In this document: one piece after another, positions 40,162-48,323 of the stretch
Layout of the letters: every line of letters starts with the position of its first letter
How positions within the stretch are numbered: the first letter of the stretch is position 1
Source of the DNA: Chitinophagaceae bacterium
GTDB lineage: Bacteria > Bacteroidota > Bacteroidia > Chitinophagales > Chitinophagaceae
Reading direction: 5' to 3'
Assembly (NCBI GenBank): GCA_031360425.1
Contig: JANMBO010000108.1
Coordinates: 6,486 to 70,485 of the forward strand
Length of the DNA: 64,000 nucleotides
Translations under genes and position numbers: made by a program
Notes under the pieces: generated by a model
The model's database searches: none
What the model saw: the letters and a program-made list of their open reading frames with translations, nothing else
Told to the model about the DNA's origin: nothing

Positions 40162-40878
40162 ATGAAAATCATAATTTCTCTTTTGCTTATAGGAGTTAAC
40201 TTTTATTCTTACTCCCAAAACCAGGTTGTAAGAACATTAGACCACAGGGGAACTGGGTGGATGAATGATCTTATAATGTCAGATTATAATGGACGACCAT
40301 TTAAATTATATTATGAGGGCGTGGAGGGATCGCCGTTTATGTTTGACGAGTGGAAATTGGCAGATATTACCCTGAGTAGGGGTAAGAAATTTGAAAAAAT
40401 AAAGGCCCGGGTGGATTTATGCAGCCAGGAAGCACATTTTATAACCAGGAACAATGTTGAAATAGTAACTCCCAATGGATTGGTTACAAAAATAGTGCTA
40501 TTTGATTCCACAACAGCTGGAATGGATAGCTTCACCTTAAAAACTGGGTTTCCGGCAATCGACAATCAAAATGAAAATAATTTTTACGAACTCCTATCGG
40601 ATGGACGGGCTCAATTAGTAAAGTCAATCAGGAAAAAGATAGTGGAAAAGAAAAATGATGTTTCTGGCCAGGTAGAAAAAGAATTTGATTCCTATGAAAA
40701 TTATTATGTTTTTAATAAGGGAGTGATAAAAAAGATAAAAAGAGATAGGGCCTCTGTGCTGGATTTATTAAATGACCAACAAGAAAAAATAGAAGAATTT
40801 ATAAAAAGTAATAATATTAACCTAAAAAGAACAGACAGCCTGATAAGGCTATTTGATTATTATAATTCTCTTAAATAG
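40162..40878 (+). CDS. secreted hypothetical protein
   Basis: Signal peptide MKIIISLLLIGVNFYSYSQ. No recognisable motif. It lies downstream of the SusC/SusD pair. Confidence 0.5.
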   Translation: MKIIISLLLIGVNFYSYSQNQVVRTLDHRGTGWMNDLIMSDYNGRPFKLYYEGVEGSPFMFDEWKLADITLSRGKKFEKIKARVDLCSQEAHFITRNNVEIVTPNGLVTKIVLFDSTTAGMDSFTLKTGFPAIDNQNENNFYELLSDGRAQLVKSIRKKIVEKKNDVSGQVEKEFDSYENYYVFNKGVIKKIKRDRASVLDLLNDQQEKIEEFIKSNNINLKRTDSLIRLFDYYNSLK

Positions 40879-40987
40879 AAACGAAAAACTTTTAGCAAAT
40901 AAAAATCCAAAATATAGAATCACGAGTGAAAATAGAATTCTTTTTATCCTGGCTTGTATTCCTTTTTGTAGGGTTTGTGTTTCGAAT

Positions 40988-41395
40988 TTACCTGAACGAA
41001 ATCAACTCCACTTCAAATATCAACGTGCTATTAGGTCCAATCATTGCGCCGGCCTGCCTGTCTCCATACCCTAATTGTGAAGGGATATAAAAACGCCATT
41101 TACTTCCCGCCGGCATGAGTTGCAATCCTTCCACCCAACCTTTAATTACCGCATTCAGGGGAAAGCTGGCGGGTTGCCCTCTTTTTACCGAACTATCAAA
41201 CACTTCTCCGGTAATTAAGGTGCCATGATAATGGCAGGTTACCGTATTGCGCAAAGATGGTTTTTCACCCGTACCAGTTAAGAGGATCTCGTATTGTAAT
41301 CCACTGGGCAAGGTTACTACACCCTCTTTCTTTTCATTGATGGCTAAAAAAGCCTCACCGGCTTTTAAATTAGCGGTTGCTTTTTCGTCTTTCAT
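40988..41395 (-). CDS. FKBP-type peptidyl-prolyl cis-trans isomerase
   Basis: LPSGLQYEIL..G.G..P....V.CHYHGTLITGEVFDSS..RGQPASFPLNAVIKGW.EGLQLM..GSKWRFYIP..LGYG is canonical FKBP_C. Confidence 0.9.
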   Translation of the reverse strand: MKDEKATANLKAGEAFLAINEKKEGVVTLPSGLQYEILLTGTGEKPSLRNTVTCHYHGTLITGEVFDSSVKRGQPASFPLNAVIKGWVEGLQLMPAGSKWRFYIPSQLGYGDRQAGAMIGPNSTLIFEVELISFR

Positions 41396-41573
41396 TTTTT
41401 TAATTTATCTGCTACTGACACAGTATTTTAATTGAATTAGTTGAAATTTCTCAACTTAATAATAAAATGTCCTTTGAACTTATTTATTGCCACAGATTTC
41501 CTGGTTGTTCATAGAAAAAGAATCGTCTCAATTTAATCTGTGATCTAAAAAAAATAACTAAGACAAGACCAAA

Positions 41574-44500
41574 TTAGTCTAAAATGGGTCTCAACCACCT
41601 CGTCATTTCCTCTTTGCTCATTCCCTTGCGCCGGGCATAATCATTCAATTGATCTTCTTGTATCTTACCCACTCCAAAATACTGGCTCTGCGGATGACTG
41701 AAATACCACCCACAAACAGAGGAAGCAGGATACATGGCTAAGGATTCTGTAAGATGAATGCCGGTGGCTTCTTCGCCCCCTAATAGCTCAAAGAGTTTAT
41801 ATTTTTCGGTATGATCCGGACAGGCCGGATAACCTGGTGCAGGGCGAATACCCTTATATTGTTCTTTAATCAATTGTTCGTTTGTGAGTGTTTCATTTTT
41901 GTCGTACCCCCAAAATTCTTTTCTGACTCGTTGGTGCATACATTCAGCAAATGCTTCTGCGAAACGATCGCCCAGTGCCTGCAACATAATCTTATTATAA
42001 TCGTCGTAGGCGGCTTCAAATCTTTTAATGTGCGGTTCAATACCTTTAATGGTAACGGAGAAGGCGCCAATGAAGTCGGCCCCCTGTCCCCCGAAGGGGG
42101 AACTCAAATCTGAATTTTCCTTAATACTCTTTTGACTCTTTAAAATCGAAGAGATGGTTGATAATACTGTTTCTGTGTTATTAAGCACTTGCAGATTAGT
42201 AAACCGGATTACTTTAAATCCTTTTAAATCTAACCATTCGGTGCGTTCTTCATCCGATACTTTATTACCCGGCAATTGATGAATTAGTCCATCAATTTCA
42301 ATAATCAATCTTTTGTCAAGGCAAACAAAGTCTGTAATAAAATTTCCAATGATATGCTGTCTTCTGAACTTATATTCTTCTAATTTTTTTGTTTTAAGAA
42401 GCTCCCATAACACTTGCTCCGCTTCGGTAGGTTTTGACCGATGTTTAAGGGCATACTCTTTTAATAAAGGATATATAACAGGGTCTGCCCAATGATAACC
42501 GGGTTCTTTCTCCACTTCCCCCCGGGAAGGGGCTTTAACAGCATCTTGTATTGTTTGAGAGGTATGTCGGGATGGGCTTGGTTTTATGAAATCTGCGAGA
42601 CTGAGATTCGGTTGGTCCGCTACTTTTTTAATTTGTTGGCGGAGTGTTTCAAGATAGATTTTCCCTGTTGCTGTTTTTACTTCGATGATGTCAGGTGCAA
42701 TGGTGCCTGCTTCCCAAAATCCGATAACACCCTGGGCGGTCAGCCATTTTTCATTTACAATTTTATCGAGCAAGGAATTTGCATCGTTGTACAACTTAGT
42801 AGCTTCTATCCCTACTTTTGAATCGGTAAGTATTTCAGGAAAATTTCCATGAAGCTCCCAGGAGATAAAGAAAGGTTTCCAGTCGATATATTTACGAAGT
42901 TCCGACAGATCGTATTCCAGGAAAATCTTAGTGCCGGTAAAAGTTGGCACCACGGGTGTATAATTTTTCCAGTCAATTTTTACCCGGTTATTCTTTGCAT
43001 CGGTATAGGATAAATATGCTTTTGTTACTTTCTTATTTTCAAAATCACTCTTCAGTTTTATATATTCCTCTTTTGTTTTGGCAAGAAACCCTTCTTTTTG
43101 TTCGTTCAATAAGGAACCAGCTACCGTAACGCTGCGGCTTGCGTCTAATACATGCACTACCCCCTCGTCGTATTGTGGAGCTATTTTTACCGCCGTATGC
43201 ATCCGCGAGGTAGTAGCGCCACCAATCAATAAGGGTTGTTTCATGCCACGCCGTTTCATTTCGTGGGCTACGTTTACCATTTCATCCAGGGAGGGCGTGA
43301 TAAGGCCACTTAAACCGATGATATCTGCTTTTTCTCTTTCGGCAGTATCTAATATTTTATCGGTGGGTACCATTACACCAAGGTCTACAATATCGTATCC
43401 ATTACAACCCAATACTACACCTACAATATTTTTACCAATATCATGTACATCTCCTTTTACCGTAGCTAATAAAATTTTTGCAGCCCCAGCGCCCTCTTCA
43501 TTCACAGTACCTGCTTTCAGATGGGCCTGTCTGCGTAATTCTTTTTCGGCTTCTATATAAGGAGTGAGTACGGCTACCGATTTTTTCATTACCCGGGCAC
43601 TCTTTACCACCTGGGGCAAAAACATTTTTCCGGAACCAAATAAATCTCCCACCACATTCATGCCTGCCATTAGCGGGCCCTCAATAACATCTAACGGCTT
43701 GGGATATTTTTGACGTGCTTCCTCTGTATCGGCATCTATATAATCGGTAATGCCATTTACTAAAGAATGTTTTAACCGTTCTTCCACACTGGTACCCCGC
43801 CATGCTTCATCTTTTACCGTTACTTTTCCTTTTGCTCTTACGGTTTCAGCAAAAGCAATCAGTTTTTCGGTAGCCTCGTTGTTGGTATTATTGCGGTTTA
43901 AAATAACGTCTTCGCAGAGTTCCCGCAATTGGGGTTCTATTTCATCATACACCACCAACAGGCCGGCATTTACAATGCCCATGTTCATACCTGCTTTGAT
44001 GGCATAGTATAGAAATACGGAGTGCATGGCTTCCCGAACAGACTCGTTGCCACGGAAAGAGAAAGAAAGATTGCTTACGCCACCACTGATACCGGCGAGG
44101 GGCATTAATTGCTTTATTCTCCTGGTGGCATTAATAAAGTCAACCCCATAATTATTATGCTCTTCCAGCCCGGTGGCAACGGCAAATATATTGGGGTCGA
44201 AAATAATATCTTGTCCATCGAAACCTACCTGTTCGGTAAGTATTTTATAAGCCCGGTGACAAATTTCTACTTTGCGATCTTCGGTATCCGCCTGTCCTTT
44301 TTCATCGAAGGCCATTACAATAACGGATGCGCCGTAACTCATGCAAATGATTGCCTGCTCAATGAATTTAGACTCTCCCTCTTTCATCGAGATGGAGTTT
44401 ACAATTGATTTCCCCTGTACGCATTTTAATCCTGCTTCAATAATTCCAAATTTGGAGCTGTCGATCATTACCGGAATTTTGGCAATATCCGGCTCACTTT

Positions 44501-44774
44501 GTAAAAGGTTAATGAAAGTAGTCATGGCCTGTACTCCATCCAGCAACGCATCATCCATGTTTACATCAATTACCTGCGCACCGCTTTCCACCTGTTGCCG
44601 GGCTACGCTCAATGCCTCTTCGTATTTATTTTCTTTGATAAGACGCGCAAATTTTTTAGAGCCGGTTACGTTGGTGCGCTCACCAATGTTTACAAAATTT
44701 GTTTCGGGACGAACAACCAATGGTTCTAATCCTGATATGCGCAAAAAGGGTTTAATATGTAAGGGTTCGCTCAT
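41574..44774 (-). CDS. metH: methionine synthase (cobalamin-dependent): pterin-binding, B12-cap/B12-binding and AdoMet-reactivation modules, carrying a foreign in-frame insertion
   Basis: [31 protein letters not shown] (pterin domain), [15 protein letters not shown] (DxHxxG B12 motif), [13 protein letters not shown], and reactivation domain ..[24 protein letters not shown]. Confidence 0.93.
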   Translation of the reverse strand: MSEPLHIKPFLRISGLEPLVVRPETNFVNIGERTNVTGSKKFARLIKENKYEEALSVARQQVESGAQVIDVNMDDALLDGVQAMTTFINLLQSEPDIAKIPVMIDSSKFGIIEAGLKCVQGKSIVNSISMKEGESKFIEQAIICMSYGASVIVMAFDEKGQADTEDRKVEICHRAYKILTEQVGFDGQDIIFDPNIFAVATGLEEHNNYGVDFINATRRIKQLMPLAGISGGVSNLSFSFRGNESVREAMHSVFLYYAIKAGMNMGIVNAGLLVVYDEIEPQLRELCEDVILNRNNTNNEATEKLIAFAETVRAKGKVTVKDEAWRGTSVEERLKHSLVNGITDYIDADTEEARQKYPKPLDVIEGPLMAGMNVVGDLFGSGKMFLPQVVKSARVMKKSVAVLTPYIEAEKELRRQAHLKAGTVNEEGAGAAKILLATVKGDVHDIGKNIVGVVLGCNGYDIVDLGVMVPTDKILDTAEREKADIIGLSGLITPSLDEMVNVAHEMKRRGMKQPLLIGGATTSRMHTAVKIAPQYDEGVVHVLDASRSVTVAGSLLNEQKEGFLAKTKEEYIKLKSDFENKKVTKAYLSYTDAKNNRVKIDWKNYTPVVPTFTGTKIFLEYDLSELRKYIDWKPFFISWELHGNFPEILTDSKVGIEATKLYNDANSLLDKIVNEKWLTAQGVIGFWEAGTIAPDIIEVKTATGKIYLETLRQQIKKVADQPNLSLADFIKPSPSRHTSQTIQDAVKAPSRGEVEKEPGYHWADPVIYPLLKEYALKHRSKPTEAEQVLWELLKTKKLEEYKFRRQHIIGNFITDFVCLDKRLIIEIDGLIHQLPGNKVSDEERTEWLDLKGFKVIRFTNLQVLNNTETVLSTISSILKSQKSIKENSDLSSPFGGQGADFIGAFSVTIKGIEPHIKRFEAAYDDYNKIMLQALGDRFAEAFAECMHQRVRKEFWGYDKNETLTNEQLIKEQYKGIRPAPGYPACPDHTEKYKLFELLGGEEATGIHLTESLAMYPASSVCGWYFSHPQSQYFGVGKIQEDQLNDYARRKGMSKEEMTRWLRPILD
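42084..42578 (-). mobile_element. in-frame DUF559 / Vsr-like (PD-(D/E)xK-fold) endonuclease cassette inside metH (boundaries approximate)
   Basis: About 165 extra codons lie between ..LADFIKP and GADFIGAF... They contain [42 protein letters not shown]-rich palindromes flank the nuclease core at 42087-42101 and 42515-42532. Confidence 0.6.
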
Positions 44775-44779
44775 GATAA

Positions 44780-45781
44780 TTATACTAATTCCCTGTCAAC
44801 TACGGGTAATGAACGCGGAGTAATTTCCTTAACGTGGTCTGCAATATGTTTTATATGATCTGGGGTGGTGCCGCAACATCCTCCCACTATATTTACAAAT
44901 CCTTCTTTAGCCCAGTCTTCCAAATAATGACCTGTATCCTCCGGGTTTTCGTCGTATTCTCCCATGGCATTGGGCAGGCCCGCGTTTGGATAGGCCGAAA
45001 CATAACAACTGGCTAAATGCGATAGTTCCGCAATATGGGGCCTCATTTCTTTGGCGCCTAATGCACAGTTTAATCCAACACTTAATGGTTTTGCATGCAT
45101 GATGGAAGTATAAAAAGCCTCGAGCGTTTGCCCGCTCAAAGTTCTTCCGGAAGCATCGGTAATAGTACCACTTATCATTATTTCTTTTTTCGCCGCGTCT
45201 GGATGTTGACGGAAGAATTTTTTGATGGCGAATATTGCGCCTTTCGCATTCAGCGTATCGAAAATGGTTTCTATCAGTAGTATATCTACTCCTCCGTCTA
45301 CCAACCCTTTTACCTGTTCGTAATAAGCAGCTACTACTTCATCAAACGTAACGGCCCGGTAACCGGGATTGTTTACATCAGGGGAAAGCGATAAGGTTTT
45401 GTTTAGCGGCCCGATGGCTCCGGCTACCCACGCATGCTTGCCTGATTGCCGGATGGCCTCGCGAGCGCATTGGGCGGCTGCCACGTTTAATTCATAGGCC
45501 AATGACTGCATTTCATAATCGGCCATAGCAATAGAAGTACTGCTGAAGGTATTTGTTTCGATAATATCAGCCCCTGCATCCAGGTATTGTTTATGTATTT
45601 CGGTGATGATATGCGGTTGGGTAAGGCATAATAAATCATTGTTGCCTTTTACATCGAGGTGCCAGTCTTTAAACCGTTCGCCCCGGTAATCGGCTTCAGA
45701 AAGTTTATAGCGCTGAATCATGGTTCCCATAGCGCCATCGATGATGATAATACGTTTTTCGAGTTCTTTACGAATGTCCAT
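44780..45781 (-). CDS. metH: homocysteine S-methyltransferase domain protein (N-terminal module of a split MetH)
   Basis: [39 protein letters not shown] and [14 protein letters not shown] (Zn-binding Cys cluster). The stop lies 5 nt before the start of the downstream metH ORF. Confidence 0.9.
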   Translation of the reverse strand: MDIRKELEKRIIIIDGAMGTMIQRYKLSEADYRGERFKDWHLDVKGNNDLLCLTQPHIITEIHKQYLDAGADIIETNTFSSTSIAMADYEMQSLAYELNVAAAQCAREAIRQSGKHAWVAGAIGPLNKTLSLSPDVNNPGYRAVTFDEVVAAYYEQVKGLVDGGVDILLIETIFDTLNAKGAIFAIKKFFRQHPDAAKKEIMISGTITDASGRTLSGQTLEAFYTSIMHAKPLSVGLNCALGAKEMRPHIAELSHLASCYVSAYPNAGLPNAMGEYDENPEDTGHYLEDWAKEGFVNIVGGCCGTTPDHIKHIADHVKEITPRSLPVVDRELV

Positions 45782-46056
45782 AGTTAAAGCTTTTTATCAT
45801 TGTGCTGCTCTTTAGGAATCTTCCCGCCAAGACACGAAGACACAAAGCATTACACTTAGTGACCCTGGTGGTCTTAATGGGAGTCTTATTACTGGAACTA
45901 TAAACGTTGGAAAACCGGTGAGGGAGTTTCGTGGCGTTTATTAGTTCAAATTTTTACCCATTGTATTACTCCGGGTCAGGCCGAACAATAAACAAATCCG
46001 CCTGCGGTTAGTTGGCAAAGCTATAATAACTATTTATAATTAGCAAGGGGTAAAAC

Positions 46057-46677
46057 TCAGCGATTGGAGACATAACTTTCAACCGGCATCCGGTTCTGGA
46101 GGCTTCTGCCGAGGGTGAGTTCATCTGCATATTCCAGTTCACCGCCAAAGGCAATGCCCCGGGCAATAGTGGTAATCCGTATGGGGGCTCCGGCCAGCTT
46201 TTTTTGTATATAATATATGGTAGTATCTCCCTGGATGTTCGGGTTTAGAGCAAATATTAATTCTTCCGTTTTTTCCTTTTGAATACGATGCAGCAACGGT
46301 TCAATAGCAAGCTGATCGGGGCCGATACCATCTAATGGGGAAATAATACCCCCTAATACATGATACGTTCCGCTGAATTGCTGGGTACTCTCAATGGCAA
46401 TAACATCCCGTATATTTTCCACTACACAAATAATATCCTGGTGACGCATGCTATTGGCGCAGATGGAACAGATATCGGCATCGGCCACATTGAAACAACG
46501 CTGACAAAACTTGATTTCCTTGCGCATACGGATTACGGCCTCGCCCAGGTTCTCCACTTTTTCCGGATCTGTTTTCAATAAATGCAACACCAGCCGTAAA
46601 GCCGTTTTCTTACCAATACCCGGCAGTTTGCCAAATTCGTTAACTGCATTTTCCAGTAAAGAGGAAGAGAATTGCAT
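46057..46677 (-). CDS. recR: recombination protein RecR
   Basis: FGKLPGIGKKTALRLVLHLL (HhH), Zn-finger C..C..C..C (FCQRCFNVADADICSIC), and a Toprim region (ICVVENIRDVIAIE). The start is set at MQFSSS. Confidence 0.92.
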   Translation of the reverse strand: MQFSSSLLENAVNEFGKLPGIGKKTALRLVLHLLKTDPEKVENLGEAVIRMRKEIKFCQRCFNVADADICSICANSMRHQDIICVVENIRDVIAIESTQQFSGTYHVLGGIISPLDGIGPDQLAIEPLLHRIQKEKTEELIFALNPNIQGDTTIYYIQKKLAGAPIRITTIARGIAFGGELEYADELTLGRSLQNRMPVESYVSNR

Positions 46678-46818
46678 AAGACAAAGATAGGTGACAAGTT
46701 TTAAGTTTGTGGTTGGTTGTTTATAGAATCCTAAAAAACGGAGAAGTTTCCGGGAAGGCATAACGATAAACTCAAAATCGGTCTACCAGCAGAACGGTTA
46801 CAAACCACAAACTGTAAA

Positions 46819-48252
46819 CTATAAAGTAATATCCACCTCATTGTCCCAGTTTGCTTTTATAGTTAGCCGGCGCGGTATGGTAATTACTTTTTCCGGTTGG
46901 CGACGGGTTCCAAAGAACTGGCCCGCATCCCATTTACCATTCTTATTCTCATCGTATAAAATGCGTAAATCATATTCGCCGGGAGAAAAGAGTTTCGCAA
47001 AATATTCACGCGAAGTAAAAACATAAGAAAGCTTCACTTCTTCGTTTTGTACAAACTGGAGTACCGGGTTTTTTGAGAGATCGAGGTTAATGAAGCGCAA
47101 ACGCACCAAACCGTAAGCACCTTGTTTCTTAGTACGAAAAAAAAGCGTATCGTTCTTATTTAGTTTACGGCCCGCGGTATCCGACGCAAAGTCTTTATCT
47201 ACTATTAACGCGTAGCCGGTATTTTCCATCCAGGCATATTGCAAAGTAAGCTTGCTGTTATTCGTGTCGCGTACGATCCGGTAATTGGAAATGGGATTCA
47301 GTTTGTCATCGGTGAATATAATTTTCGAAGAATCAAATTCTTTCAACGGAGCTATTCTAAAATATACTTCCAGTTGTTTCAGCAGATCCATTTCCCCATT
47401 ATCCAGGTTGGTTTCAAGTCGAAGGCGTTTATCCGCGGCGGCCCCTCCCCGGGCACCTGGTATCCGGACGGTGGGTGCAGTACCTGTTCGCTTCACTTCT
47501 TCTTTTTCTGTATAAGCAAAGAGTGTGATAGGCCTGGTCGAATCGCTCACAACTACTACGCTATCGGCAAAAGCAAATAATTGACTTTTGGATATATACC
47601 GTTTAGAACCCCCTTCATCTTTGAATGCGTATAAATAGAAACTGCCAGCAGGCAAATTCCGAAAATTAAAATTCCCATCCTTATCCAAGCGGGTAATGTA
47701 CCGGGGCCGTTCTTTATAAACTGTCGAATCATCTCCCTTCTTATACAGCACGGCAATAAGGGTGCTGTCGGATTTACCACTTTCGGCCAAAATCACTTTG
47801 CCGGACAGTTGCAACAGGTCGATAGTATTTCCGGTTGAAAAAGAATAACTGAAATTGCGGAGCACATTGTTTTCATTTACATCTTTAATGGCGTTACCGA
47901 AATTATAAGTATAGGTGGTATTGGGTTCAAGCGTATCTTTTATGGTAACGGTTACCATGCGTAATTTTGATTCTACCAGAGGATTGATTTTTGGCATAGG
48001 CGATACCAGCAAGTTTTCGCTCACATTATCCAACTGAACAAATTCATTAAATTCTAAAATGATTTTTTTTCCTGCAAAATTTTTGGAAGAATCCGCCGGT
48101 CGGGCGATAATCAATGCGGGGGGTATCGAATCCCTTGGTCCTCCTACAGGTGGTATAATATTCGCGCAACCGGTTTGTATAACTAACTGGGGAAGTAAGA
48201 AAAGCATCAGCAGAACCGGGAACACTATTTTTATTGGCACATTCTTTTGCAT
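46819..48252 (-). CDS. lipoprotein with N-terminal SbsA/Big_5-type Ig-like domain
   Basis: Lipobox IQTGC, then PPVGGPRDSIPP..IILEFNEFV..V.P....V......V.I....L.PNTTYTYNFG typical of Ig-like (Big_5) domain lipoproteins. Confidence 0.6.
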   Translation of the reverse strand: MQKNVPIKIVFPVLLMLFLLPQLVIQTGCANIIPPVGGPRDSIPPALIIARPADSSKNFAGKKIILEFNEFVQLDNVSENLLVSPMPKINPLVESKLRMVTVTIKDTLEPNTTYTYNFGNAIKDVNENNVLRNFSYSFSTGNTIDLLQLSGKVILAESGKSDSTLIAVLYKKGDDSTVYKERPRYITRLDKDGNFNFRNLPAGSFYLYAFKDEGGSKRYISKSQLFAFADSVVVVSDSTRPITLFAYTEKEEVKRTGTAPTVRIPGARGGAAADKRLRLETNLDNGEMDLLKQLEVYFRIAPLKEFDSSKIIFTDDKLNPISNYRIVRDTNNSKLTLQYAWMENTGYALIVDKDFASDTAGRKLNKNDTLFFRTKKQGAYGLVRLRFINLDLSKNPVLQFVQNEEVKLSYVFTSREYFAKLFSPGEYDLRILYDENKNGKWDAGQFFGTRRQPEKVITIPRRLTIKANWDNEVDITL

Positions 48253-48323
48253 AGAAGAACCGCAAACTTAATGGGTTTGAGAGGAAAAACAGGGCTTTAT
48301 TTCTTAATAATCCATTAAAGATA

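Noticed and set aside
42084-42578. The insertion in MetH could be an intein or a self-splicing intron.
   Set aside because: There is no His-Asn plus Cys/Ser/Thr at the C-terminal junction (it ends ..SPFGGQ|GADF). No intein blocks A/B/F/G or LAGLIDADG/HNH intein endonuclease are recognisable. The segment is a continuous in-frame ORF with the protein-coding character of a DUF559-type nuclease, which argues against an intron.
41574-45781. Split metH as a frameshifted pseudogene.
   Set aside because: The split falls exactly at the Hcy-domain/pterin-domain border. Both ORFs have proper stop and start codons 5 nt apart, and neither shows internal stops. The arrangement is consistent with a bona fide two-gene organisation.
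45782-46056. Cobalamin or SAM-I riboswitch in the metH leader.
   Set aside because: I could not find the conserved cores by eye in the gene-sense strand: no B12 box or GCCACUG context, and no SAM-I GAGGGA or GCAACC. A GGTGAGGGAG string exists only on the opposite strand. The region is left as an open question needing cmscan.
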